A stretch of DNA of 63,341 nucleotides, counting the filler, from Octopus bimaculoides (lineage: Eukaryota), in assembly GCF_001194135.2 (NCBI RefSeq). It is 7 parts of 7 records of this genome, joined end to end, with 100 filler letters (N's around TTAATTAATTAA, not from the genome) between each part and the next. Parts side by side here need not be neighbours in the genome. Positions count along the whole stretch, not along the records: positions 12,604 to 29,022 come from NC_068987.1; 6 more parts are not named here. The stretch is one strand, 5' to 3'. Position numbers and translations under genes: made by a program. Numbering within the stretch: position 1 is the first letter of the stretch; the number at the start of each line of letters is the position of its first letter. The notes below the pieces were generated by a model. It saw nothing but the letters and a program-made list of their open reading frames with translations, was not told the DNA's origin and did no database searches. Of the stretch, positions 12,604-23,974 are shown in pieces.

Positions 12604-13410
12604 TCTCCAAGTATTGAATTGTGAGTATTCAACCAAAACAGGCAATACAGTTTGTTGCAAGTCAGCAAAGTGGAGCAGACAGTATTGCTGCCTTGCTCAA
12701 CAGCACAACACTATAATACAAGCATGCACATATTTTCTTGTGTTCACTGTGAAAGTATTTTAACATTAGGTATTATGCATATAAAACCTATTTTAATTGT
12801 ATGGAGAATAATGCATCATGCTAGCATGGAAAGCGGACGTTAAACGACGACGACAATACGTACAGACATATATATATATATAAATAATACAAAATGGGAC
12901 AAGAAGGCAAAACATCCAGACAGTTAGGTGATACAAAAAAGGACAACAAAACATCCAGATAGACGATACGAAGAAAACAAGGACGGGTCGTTTGGAGTTT
13001 TCTTTCCTCAGTCAAGATCCCAGATTATCTTTGCAATTTCGGCTGGTTACTCTCGATATTGCTCCAATCTGGCCAGCCCCAAAGAAAAACTAAGCTAAGA
13101 GCATCAGATTCCTTGGAAGAAAGCAGTGAATGTATACAAAAACAAGGATGGAAAAAAACGAATATATATATATATATATACACACATACACATGTGTGTG
13201 TTCATACATGTATAGACATGATGGGTTTCTATATAATTTTCATTTACCAAATTCTGCTTACAGGGCATTGCTTATCAGTTATAAGATTGTATTCTTGTTT
13301 TGTTTTATAATTTTGAATATGAAAAACAAAAAAACTAGTCTAAACTTTCACTAACCAAAAAGAAATCTCATTAAATTGTTTATTTACGAAAAAATAATCA
13401 ATATTTTCAG

Positions 13411-13605
13411 AAAAGCTCTTGTGATAAAGGACCTGAACAGAAAACTAGAAAGAAAAATGAGTTCTCAGTGTGTGAAATGAGGAGACTGAGACGGGGAGTT
13501 AGGAAATATGGTTGCAACTGGACACAGATTTTAAAATCCTTTGAATTTTCCCCAAAGAAAACTCCTGAAGATTTGCGTAATAAATGGAGGCTTACGAACA
13601 GGTAG
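13411..13605 (+). CDS. TERB1: Terminal exon encoding a telobox-type Myb domain (TERB1-like)
   Basis: Acceptor atattttcag|, phase 0, 64 codons plus TAG: KSSCDKGPEQKTRKKNEFSVCEMRRLRRGVRKYGCNWTQILKSFEFSPKKTPEDLRNKWRLTNR*. GVRKYG-NW..IL and DL..KW are telobox hallmarks. The lack of the TRF 'EG' insert and ILKSFEF resemble TERB1 (recalled GVKKMGNHWNSILWSFPF). Confidence 0.75.
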   Translation, partial: KSSCDKGPEQKTRKKNEFSVCEMRRLRRGVRKYGCNWTQILKSFEFSPKKTPEDLRNKWRLTNR

Positions 13606-13686
13606 CATCTTTTAAATTATTAATGTTTTTAAGTTATAATCAGCAGCCAGTTGATTTTTAAAAGTATATTTATTAAGATGAAATTC

Positions 13687-13730
13687 AATAAAGTTAATGA
13701 ATATTTTGTTTGTTTGTTTTTTTTTTGTTG
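13687..13730 (+). terminator. Polyadenylation signal of the Myb-exon transcript
   Basis: AATAAA at 13687-13692 followed by a GT/T-rich downstream element (13704-13730). Confidence 0.6.
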
Positions 13731-13999
13731 TATGCTGAGTCATTTTCCTTCTCAGTTTCTGAGTGGAGACATTGATTGGATACAAAATCCAACCAATGGT
13801 AGCCCATAATCCTACAAAATGTCCCTGGAACCATGTGGTATATGGTAAGTGAAAGTGTTTTCCAGAACAAAAGTTGAATGTGTAACCATGTTTCATGGCA
13901 TATAAAACATACTTTTTTTCCCAAAAACTGTCTCAAAAAGTTAACCCCAGATCTTTATATATGTGGTTGGACCTATATTACATGCTTTGACCCATTACC

Positions 14000-14220
14000 A
14001 TTCCGATTACTCAGTTATATGTAAAGCTCATTTAGTTACATTTAAAAAAAGAAAAATTAACCATGCATTATCTCATAGCTTTGAGATTTCAGCAACGTGA
14101 TTGTCTATATTTAGAATGACATTGTAGGGTAGGTGTGAGATGTTAGATATGGCTAGTTTGAACCTAAAACGGGTTGATTATTTGGGCCAAATATGGCCAG
14201 TTCAAATGCTAAAGGGTTAA
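14000..14220 (-). mobile_element. piggyBac-like MITE fragment
   Basis: Ends in aatgctaaagggttaa, the terminus shared with copies at 21468 and 21836. Confidence 0.6.
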
Positions 14221-14376
14221 TATGTAGTCTTTTTCTGAATGTGCACTGCTGAAATTTATGTGCAGTTGATATGTCTGTGTGTCCTTTAAAAGATAAGTGG
14301 ATCTGATATCTTTAGATAATTCTTTAAATCCATCTTTATTTATCACAAATAATAAAGAGAACCTTAAAATATTTCA

Positions 14377-14767
14377 GGCGCAGGAGTGGCTATGTGGTAA
14401 GTAGCTTGCTTACCAAGCACATGGTTCTGGGTTCAGTCCCACTGCGTGGTACCTTGGGCAAGTGTCTTCTACTATAGCCTCGGGCCGACCAAAGCCTTGT
14501 GAGTGGATTTGGTAGACGGAAACTGAAAGAAGCCCGTCGTATTTATATGTATGTGTGTTTGTATTTGTCCCTCCAACATCGCTTGACAACTGATGCTGGT
14601 GAGTTTACGTCCCCCGTAACTTAGCGGTTCGGCAAAAGAGACCGATAGAATAAGTACTAGGATAACAAAGAATTAGTCCTGGGGTCGTTTTGCTTGACTA
14701 AAGGCGGTGCTCCAGCATGGTTGCAGTCAAATGACTGAAACAAGTAAAAGAGTAAAGAGTAAAAGAG
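14377..14767 (+). mobile_element. Full-length tRNA-derived SINE (family A, CORE-like)
   Basis: A box tggctatgtgg, B box ggttcagtccc, ccttgggcaagtgtctt core, tail (gtaaaaga)n; multiple copies in the window. Confidence 0.9.
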
Positions 14768-15919
14768 AATTGTTTGAGTCCATGATTAGGAAAGTCTATC
14801 CCGCTACATATGCTCAATTAAATATCAGTGTACTTATGTGCAATTAATTTGTCAAAGTCTCATTATCGTTGATTTCTTCTTTTTATTCACAATTAGAAAT
14901 TTAACATGATTTCATCACACTCGATGCTTCATTATAATCTAACCCACAAGCATTATTGAACATCTTCATTCTTGGCCAGTTATTATAAGGGAGATAATCA
15001 TTTCTAGATAAATCTTGCCAGGACTATTTGAATTCTAACACTCTCAGACCTAGGCTGACTTTTCCTTTCACCTGGGCTCCAAAGCAAAAAAAATAGTTAC
15101 ATATATAGCTCAAGAATAATGATTGCAGACAAACTAATGGACAGAGTTGGGTGTATTTTCTCTTTCTACGTGTATTGTGTATAGCTGTTTTATCAAGAAT
15201 CTGACATGTAACCTGTTTCTGCAATAGCAGGAGTATGGCATGATGAGGTTGTAGAAATAAAACTTTTCCAACTTCAGTTTTAACAAAGGAAACACTTTCC
15301 TTTCAACCCTTCTGATACCAACCTGGCTCTGTAATACAAATGTCTTGTTTTCATAAGTTCTGAATTAAAATCTTTCATTAAACCTTATTTACAATTAATG
15401 TTCCTAAGCGTAGTGAGTGAATTTGATAGATGGAAACTGGAAGAAATCTCTTTTCTATGTGTGTGTAGGTTACTGTTTTTCTTGCCTTGATATGTGTTAG
15501 TTGTGCCACTATAAGGCAAATGTTGTTCTTCATTTCCAATCACCTGTTAAAACATGCCTGGCCATATGGAATATTACCTTAGTTGATAACAGGTGAGGGT
15601 TTGTAACCTATCTTGAGAAATTCCATCTGGTCAATGCTTGCATGGAAAAGTAGATGTTCAAAAAAATATATAAAAATACCCTCGCTTACATACTGTGAAA
15701 AAAAGGCATTATCACTTGTCCAAAAGATTATGTAGTGGGACCGAACTTGGAACTATTGTTTGGAAAGTGAACTTTCTAAACCAACAACTATATAGACTTC
15801 AGCAGTGCCCTTGAGAGTAATAAGACCCTGTTATATGGGAAAGTTTATTAAACTAAATTATCAGACTTCAGACAGGTTTCTGACACATCTCAAGTTCTTA
15901 TGTTTTAACAACACTCTCT

Positions 15920-15974
15920 AAAACAAAAAACAAAACACAAAATAAATATTTTTAGACATGTTTGTTTATTTATT
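15920..15974 (-). terminator. BCAP31 polyadenylation signal
   Basis: Overlapping AATAAA on the minus strand (15965-15974) followed by a TG/T-rich downstream element (plus-strand aaacaaaaaacaaaacacaaa). Confidence 0.55.
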
Positions 15975-16460
15975 AAATAGCATATTTTTATATACAACGT
16001 AATAATACAAAATGTTATGTCTTGTTTATGAATAACTCAATTTAATGGGAGGGCATCAAGGACATTTTAAGTGTTTAGGTTGGCTGGATGTAAATCTCGG
16101 AGGAACGGGTCAATTAGTTCTCTGTTCTTCAGTCTTCATTTATTAAAAGCATCATTCATTTAAAAAAAAAAAAAAGCACATAACCAACAAACTGATTTGT
16201 TTTCTTTCTTTTTTTTTTTTTTGACCTCTCTCCACTTCTTCACAATGTGAAAGTAAAGTAACAGTAATTTCTTACATTTGTGTTCATTCAGGTCAAACAC
16301 GTTCACTAAACTCATCAGACCAATTCTGAAAGTCTGTAATAATACTTGAGACTATTTTTGTTCTGTAATTAGTAATAAGTTTGTCATCATGTTAGATATA
16401 GTTTGTAGGCTTAAGCTTCAAAACTTTCATGAAAAAATCAATGTTTACCCATTATTTCCA

Positions 16461-17183
16461 TTAATCATCTTTTTTATTGGAATCCTTCTCGGTTTTCTTT
16501 TGAAGGACAGAATATTCTTCCAGCAACCTATCATATTCACGTTTAGTTGCTTCAGACTGAGATTTCATGGCCATCAGATCAATCTGATTTTGTTTTAATT
16601 CACCTTTAGCATTTTGTAATTCTTCCTCTGCTGTTCCCAGCTTAGCTTTGAGAGCCTGGAGATGTTTCGCGGCATTCTCCTTTTCAGAATTGGCTAGATT
16701 CTCTCCTGGGGGTGCCGAGGAATTTATTAATCTATTAGCAGCTTCAGTAGCACTCATAGCTTGCTTATGAGTGGCTTCCAAGTCAGTCTGCAGCTGAGCT
16801 TGGGCTGTGATCAATTTGACAAGACGGTTCAAGACCATCCAGAGGAACAAAGAAAACCCAGAGATGTAAAAATTACGTTGAGCTCGAAACAGGTTCAAAT
16901 GCTGATTCTGTCCAACACCTGGCATGACTCCAGTCATGGTATCCAATTTGTCGATTGCATTATTATATTTACGAAGGTGCCAAATTGAGTCAACGAAAGC
17001 AACAGCTAAGGCTAACATTAATAATCGAATATACAAATATGAGTATGTAGATATTAGTGATAAAAGGCGAGATTTAAACAATTTTCGCCATGTCAGTGGT
17101 GATATGAAAGGCAACAGGAATAAGAAAACCATTCCAATTTCAAAATATAAAAAACTAGCAATTATTGTCCACTGCAAACCCAT
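16461..17183 (-). CDS. BCAP31: B-cell receptor-associated protein 31 (BAP31/BAP29 family), 240 aa, no coding introns
   Basis: MGLQWTIIASFLYFEIG start, three TM helices, LFRAQRNFYISGFSLFL motif, coiled coil, C-terminal KKDD (KKXX). The true start is Met27 of the listed ORF, downstream of a splice acceptor at 17265. Confidence 0.96.
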   Translation of the reverse strand: MGLQWTIIASFLYFEIGMVFLFLLPFISPLTWRKLFKSRLLSLISTYSYLYIRLLMLALAVAFVDSIWHLRKYNNAIDKLDTMTGVMPGVGQNQHLNLFRAQRNFYISGFSLFLWMVLNRLVKLITAQAQLQTDLEATHKQAMSATEAANRLINSSAPPGENLANSEKENAAKHLQALKAKLGTAEEELQNAKGELKQNQIDLMAMKSQSEATKREYDRLLEEYSVLQKKTEKDSNKKDD

Positions 17184-17264
17184 GATGAATATATGAGTTT
17201 GATGTGTGCAGGTGTGGTGGAGTATGCAGTCCAAGAACTTTTTGCTTTTGATTGGATTCAATTC

Positions 17265-17290
17265 CTGTAAATAAAAAAAATAAAAAATAC
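17265..17290 (-). other. Splice acceptor of a BCAP31 5'-UTR intron
   Basis: Minus strand reads tttttatttttttatttacag|GAATTG, 81 nt upstream of the ATG. Confidence 0.75.
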
Positions 17291-17458
17291 ATAAACATGA
17301 ATATTAAATATAGGTGTACAACAGATTTTATACAAACATTTTCAAAAAAAGAAGAGAAATGGATTATTTCTAAAACAAGTTTACTTTTGTGGAGTATACT
17401 TCATCATCATCATTTAACATCTACTTTCCCATTCTTGCATAAAGCAGCCAGATGGTCG

Positions 17459-18008
17459 ATGCCAGTGCCACCTGACTGGCTCCCATGCTGGTGGCACGTA
17501 AAAAGCACCGTCCGAATGCGGTCAATGCCAGTGCCACCTGACTGGCTCCCATGTTGGTGGCACGTAAAAAGCACCGTCCAAATGCGGTCAATGCCAGTGC
17601 CGCCTGACTGGTTCCTGTGCCAGTGGCATGTAAAAAGCACCATCCGAATGTGGTTGATGCCAGTGCCACCTGACTGGCTCCCATGTTGGTGGCATGTAAA
17701 AAGCACCGTCCGAATGCGGTCAATGCCAGTGCCGCCTGACTGGTTCCTGTGCCAGTGGCATGTAAAAAGCACCATCCGAATGTGGTTGATGCCAGTGCCA
17801 CCTGACTGGCTCCCATGCTGGTGGCACATAAAAAGCACCATTCGAATATGGTCAATGCCAGTGCCACCTGACTGGTTCCTGTGCCAGCTGGAGAAACCCT
17901 ACCAAAGCTGACGTGGGAGCTTGACAGGGCACTATGGCTCATCAGGATCTGTCAAGCCATCCAACACATGCCAACTGGAAAATGGGTGTTGAATGATGAT
18001 GATGATGT
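17459..18008 (+). repeat. 66-bp tandem repeat (about 6.5 units) inside a SINE-like element with a (GAT)n tail
   Basis: atgccagtgcc starts at 17459, 17525, 17591, 17657, 17723, 17789 and 17855; related element at 22480-22905. Confidence 0.92.
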
Positions 18009-19638
18009 GGACACAACTGGACTTTTCTCCCAATTCCCTCCTCAAGCCATCCCAACCATCCATCATCTTTCTATCACTAGCCCCATTCATCACCTGCTTC
18101 ACTGCAGTATTCTGCTGCTGTCATTAAATGCAATCAGAACTGACTATTTCATCATCTTATACTGACACCACTTATCCTTCTCACTCGATATCCATCCTTC
18201 ATTCTTAATACTGTCCCACTCCGCTTTCATTTTACATTGATCATTCTTCTGAACCAGCAAGTTATCTCTCCTCCTCCATCACCATACATCTCTTACTCTA
18301 CCCTCACACTCTTTAAGCCAACTCAGTCACATGTCATCACTCTTTCTCTTATCCTTCTTCTGTCTATTCTATCATTATTACTACTCAGTCACAACTCACT
18401 TCTGTCAGTCATCACCTAGTCTCACTTACCTTTCCAGGCTCATATGTATCATTGACCACTCCTTCGCCCCTTGTCCACCATTCACTACATCCATGCCTTA
18501 ACCCTACATCATCATTTAATGTCCACTGTTCATGCTGGCATTGGTTGGACAGTTTGATAATGCCAAAGGTCTGTCATTGCCTCCGTGAGACCCAATACTC
18601 GAAACAACCTCAGTCATTATCACTTAGCTCTTTTCATTAGCAAATACCTATCACCCATCCACATTCGTTCGTCATTCCTTATAGTCACCATCTCACCGAT
18701 CCCATCACTCTACCTTCTGGTGTTGGGAATAGCTTCCAGCTTTAGAAATAACACCAAAGAAGATATTGGAGCACAATGCAGTTATTGGACCCAATGGATC
18801 CTGTCAAACTGTCCAATCCATGCCAGCATAGAAGATGAATGTTAAAAGATGATTAGGACAATTTATATATAAGTACATAAATACATTCACCAAATGAGTA
18901 TATATACCTAGATTTTGATGAAAATATATTAAGATCTTGAGAATAAAGCATAACCAAAAAATATGACAATGAGAGCTTTCGTCTTACAAGACAAAATCCC
19001 ACAATGCATTTGCAGTAACCATACTGATACCAGTATTTTGGTTACTCGACAGGTCTATAGAGGAAATCCACTTCATAGATATTATAACCCATAAGGTCTC
19101 GACATGGATTGTGAATTTCTATTGAAAAATGATAGTGGTGGATTTTCTCAGGAAAAATGGAGAGAAAGAGACAATACCAGCTAAATCATAAGAGCCAAAA
19201 TGAATACATCACCCAAATGCTCAAAACTGATGTGAATAACATCCTATGGGTCAGTACTGAACTCATCAAGAAACACCCAGTTCCTGACGACCCCTCACTC
19301 ATGACTGCTATCTCACATCACATTTCAAAGGCTATGCTTTTAAAATCCATAGGCAGGAGGCAGCTATGAAATATCTGCTGAACAAATGGGATGGCAAAGC
19401 CCTAAAGATCAAAGTAAGTTTGGTCACTGTTGGTTAGTCCCAGTCTTGAGTGAACAGATGATAAAAGGAAGGCATTCCGGTCATGGCCATCCCATCTTTT
19501 TGTGTCTCAAGAATTATATTGCTTGATAAGCTCTTAAGCTGGCCATACTTAACCCAAAAATTCCACTTAATTTATGCTCAAACCAGTCAGATCCAGTCTC
19601 TCAAACACACCCTACAAAGTCATTAAAAGAAAATAAAC

Positions 19639-19865
19639 GGCGAGCTGGCAGAAACGTTAGCATGTTGAGCAAAATGCTTAACAGTATTTCGTTTGCCGCT
19701 ACGTTCTGAGTTCAAATTCCACCGAGGTCGACTTTGCCTATCATCCTTTCGAGGTCAATAAATTAAGTACCAGTTATGCACTGGGGTCGATGTAATCAAC
19801 TTAATCCCTTTGTCTGTCCTTGTTTGTCCCCTCTATGTTTAGCCCCTTGTGGGCAATAAAGAAAT
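19639..19865 (+). mobile_element. SINE family B inserted into a piggyBac-like MITE, with 12-bp TSD
   Basis: TSD aagaaaataaac at 19627-19638 and 19866-19877; host MITE at ~19530-19976 ends gagggttaa. Confidence 0.9.
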
Positions 19866-20949
19866 AAGAAAATAAACAAGCACATTATCAAAAGCTCAAA
19901 TCTACAAGACAATGCAGGATTAATGCAAAAAAATAAACATTACATTTGACAGAGTAATAGGAATGTGAGAGGGTTAAGGAATGTTAATCGGGGGATGTTT
20001 GCCTACTGTTTCAAGCAGGTTTACTGAGCACATAGAACTCTTTTGTTGAACAGCAAAATAACAGTCATACACTGTTGTATTTTACAAGCGGGAAAATATT
20101 GTTAGGCAGGAATACAGCAGATGTTACTTCGTCTGTGAGAAAATAAGTCTCACTCCTTCGAACACTATTTCGTTTCTTCATAGAAGTAAAACGAGGTATA
20201 AGTTGCTTGTTTTCATTAATTCATTGAAGTGGTTGGTATATAAAGCTGTGAGGTACGGGTTACTTAAGAAGGGTGTGACAGGTGATGGTAGGAAAGACGA
20301 GCAGTATTTCAATTACATATGTGGATATACTTACATATGCTGTATACACACAAAATTGACTTTGGAGTATATTAATTTTATGGTGATGAATATATTTTGT
20401 ATCCATAAATCAACATTGATCAAATTCATCTTTGACACTAATTATTAACAAATTATTAAGGAATCAACTTAGCTATAACTATACCATTTAATACCTAAAA
20501 TGTTGTTGTTTAATGCAGATAGACAGTAATTGAGCTGACACAAAGGAATTTCCACTCTGATCATACTGTCGTCTTTTATCAAGTTTCACTGGTGCAACTT
20601 TAGTGTTGCAGTCCTACCACTGTATCTGCAGCCTACTCTATGAACTGACCTGGTTTTCTGGTTTAGGGTTGGGGCTTAGGACTAGGGTGAGAGGGTTACT
20701 GTTAAGATTAGGTTGCAAGCTAAAGTATAAATGGCCAGGTAGACTTCACAATAAAGTGACACTGATTTGGCTTGTCTTATTTATGATGGTAGTGTGCAGT
20801 TTGAGAGATTTAGCTGTTATTTCTTGTTGGTCAAGTGATTGCAAAGAGATTCTCTCATTGGATTGTTGTGTTGGAAAATCCTATTGAAAGGGTTAACAGA
20901 ATTGCATATTGTGTTATTGTTTTAAGTAAACGGTGTGTGACTTAATGGT

Positions 20950-21250
20950 AAGTGTATTTGGCTCACGATCATAAGACCATGAGTTCAATTCCTAGCAATG
21001 CATTGGGTCCTTGAGCAAGACACTTTTATTTCATGTTGTACCAGTCCACTCAGCTGGCAAAAATGAGTAGAACCTGTACATCAAAGGGCCAGCCATGTCA
21101 CATCCTGTATCATGCTGAATCTCCCCGAGAATTACTTTAAGGGAACATGTGTCTGTGGAGTGCTCGGCCACTTGCACATTAATTCCATGACCAAACGGTT
21201 CCATTAATCGGATCAACTGGAACCCTCGTCATCATAACCTACAGAGTGCT
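20950..21250 (+). mobile_element. tRNA-derived SINE (family C)
   Basis: B box gagttcaattcc, tccttgagcaagacactt core; the 3' part is shared with 747-903. Confidence 0.75.
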
Positions 21251-21467
21251 CTAAGTAAAAGATGGGCTCTATTGAGAGACGTGTCATTTACGAAAAGGGT
21301 TTAATAGGACCATCATCTCTTGAAGGCACGGCCTTTACACAAATACAAAAATTGGTAGAAGTGGGGAACCTTCCCAGGCAGCACTTTTGAGTCTGCTGTA
21401 TAAGCCTGTACAAAGAATAGGCAGACGGGAGTTGCAGGGTGGCAGCAAACTCAAGTGGCTCACACTA

Positions 21468-21691
21468 CCCTTTAGCATTTAAACTGGTCATGTCCAACCC
21501 AAATATTATACCCGTTTTATGATCAAACCAGCCAGATCTCGTCTCTCACACCTACTCTACAATGTCATTATTAAAATAAACAATCGAATCATTGGAATCT
21601 CAAACCTACGAGATAATGTATGATTAATTTAAAACAATGTGAATAAATAAGCTTTACATTTGACAGAGTAAACTGAATGCTAAAGGCTTAA
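21468..21691 (+). mobile_element. piggyBac-like MITE
   Basis: Termini ccctttagcatt … aatgctaaaggc|ttaa. Confidence 0.7.
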
Positions 21692-21835
21692 AGCCCTACA
21701 GTTTCGAAAATGGTAGATCAGGTTGAGATGCAGAACTAGTTTTAGATAACCTGAAAAAAAAAAAAAGGCTTGAACTCTTCATTCATGAGTCTGTTCAGTC
21801 AAGCCTGACATGGGAGTTAAACTACTTCCCTTCAA

Positions 21836-22279
21836 CCCTTTAGCCTTTAAACTGGCCAGATCCAGCCAAAATAGTCTACCTAGTTTCTATTCAAACCAGC
21901 CAGATCCAGTCTCTTACACCTATCCTATGATATCATTCTAAGGGAATATTGCATCATTGAAATGGTCGCACCTGCCAGATCCAGTCTCTTACATCTGTCC
22001 TATGATATCATTCTAAGGGAATATTGCATCATTGAAATGGTCGCACCTGCCAGATCCAGTCTCTTACACCTGCCCTATGATATCATTCTAAGGGAATATT
22101 GCATCACTTAAAAGTTCATACCAGCCAGATTCAGTCCTGCCAAAACCTATGATGTCATTCTCAAAAAATATTACATCACTGGAATTTTGAAACTGCAAGA
22201 TAATCCATGACTAATTCAAAACAATGTGAATAAATGAAGCATGACATTTGACAGATTAATCTGAATGCTACACAGTTAA
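21836..22279 (+). mobile_element. piggyBac-like MITE with an internal 75-bp tandem amplification
   Basis: gccagatcc unit starts at 21899, 21974 and 22049, with a degenerate fourth at 22124. Confidence 0.75.
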
Positions 22280-22479
22280 AGAATGTCACAAATTTTATCG
22301 AAGAAATCCTGACTCAGTAGCAGAACTCCTAATAAAATTTAAGCCATGTGTATTCAACTAATGAAAGCTTTAGTGGAATAGTTCCCAACCCTTTTATTTA
22401 TATGAGTTTTACCACAGGCCCCTCTTAATATGTTTATCCTTTTATATATATATAGCAGCAGTGTGATCGTTATCAACGT

Positions 22480-22905
22480 CGCCTTCCTGACACTTGTGCC
22501 AGTGGCACGTGAAAAGACATTCGAGTGAGATCGTTGCCAGTGCTGATGGACTTGCTCCTGTGCAGGTGACACGTAATACACCATTTCGAGCATGGCCTTT
22601 GCCAGTAAGACATCCGAGCGAGATCGTTGCCAGTGCCCCTGGACTGGCCCTTGTGCAGGTGGCACATAAAATACACCTTTTTGAGCGTGGCCGTTGCCAG
22701 TACCGCCTTACTGGCCCTTGTGCCAGTGGCATGTAAAAGCACCCACTACACTCTCTGAATGGTTGGCGTTGGGAAGGGTATCCAGCTGTAGAAACTCTGC
22801 CAAATCAGATTGGAGCCTGGTGTTGCCTCCTGGTCCACCAGTCCTCAGTCAAATCATCCAACCCATGCTAGCATGGAAAGCGGACGTTAAACGACGATGA
22901 TGATA
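22480..22905 (+). mobile_element. SINE-like element with internal ~66-bp repeats and (GAT)n tail
   Basis: gtggcatgtaaaagcacccactacactctc…ggaagggtatccagctgtagaaac…catggaaagcggacgttaaacgacgatgatgat; tail fragments also at ~12815, ~18535 (-) and ~18800. Confidence 0.8.
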
Positions 22906-23094
22906 TTTTAAATTGTGAATTTAGTTCATGAACCCCCAGGTTGGGAACCCCTGCCTTCGTGGCTCTTAACCTGGGTAGTAGCATCTTTAGGGGTCATTGT
23001 GAGCTTACAAGGAAGGATGGGGCAAGAGTGTACTGAATATTTAGAGGGATCATGATTAAAAAAAAAAAAAAACATTATTTAAACTAAGAATAAT

Positions 23095-23408
23095 CTTTTA
23101 TCTTTTACTTGTTTTGCACACTGGACTGTGACCATACTGGGGCACCACTTCATTCGGTTTTGACAAACAAATCAACCCTAGTACTTAATTCTTAAGTCTG
23201 GTACTTATTCTATAGATCTTTTGCCATACACAAGTATACACACACACAAGCATTTATAGGAAGGGCTTCTGCACAGTCTCCATCAACCAATTTCTCTCAC
23301 AAGGCATTGATCGGCCTGAGCCTATAGAAGACACCTGCCCTAGTTGCCGCATTGTACAATTGAACCCGAAACTACATGGTTGCAAAACAAGCCTCTTAAC
23401 CACACTGC
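23095..23408 (-). mobile_element. Old SINE family A copy
   Basis: Degenerate reverse complement of the 14377 element. Confidence 0.65.
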
Positions 23409-23579
23409 CAATACTTATATTATAAACACATTTTCAAATAATCTTTGTTGTGATTAGTAATATGATTAAGAGATTGTCATCATGACGGATTTATGTGCCA
23501 AGGTCCAACATAATTTCGTTATACAAGTCTTTGTTTGTTTTCAATAATCTCTAGAAAGAAAAAAAAAATTCAACATATA

Positions 23580-23974
23580 GGCGTAGGAGTAGCTGTGTGG
23601 TAAGTAGCTTGCTTACGAACCACATGGTTCCAGGTTCAGTCCCACTGCGTAGCACTTTGGGCAAGTGTCTTCTACTAAAGCCTCCGGCTGACCAAAGCCT
23701 TGTGAGTGGATTTGGTAGAAGGAAACTGAAAGAAGCCTGTCGTATATATCTATGTGTGTGTGTGTATATGTTTTTGTGTCTGTGTTTGTTGCCCCAACAT
23801 CGCTTGACAACCGATGCTGGTGTGTTTATGTCCCCGTAACTTAGAGGTTCGGCAAAAGAAACCGATAGAATAAGTACTAGGCTTACAAAGAATAAGTCCT
23901 GGGGTCGATTTACTCGACTAAAGGCGGTGCTCTAGCATGGCCACCGTCAAATGACTGAAACAAGTAAAAGAGTA
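23580..23974 (+). mobile_element. Full-length SINE family A
   Basis: Highly similar to 14377-14767. Confidence 0.9.

Noticed and set aside
17184-17261. 26-aa N-terminal extension of BCAP31 in the ORF track
   Set aside because: The conserved start is MGLQW; the extension lies in the 5' UTR of the spliced exon and resembles no known BAP31.
17410-17942. Three repetitive ORFs (e.g. MPVPPDWLPCWWHVKST) and a CRISPR-like look
   Set aside because: Contiguous 66-bp repeat with no unique spacers, inside a SINE-like element in an intron.
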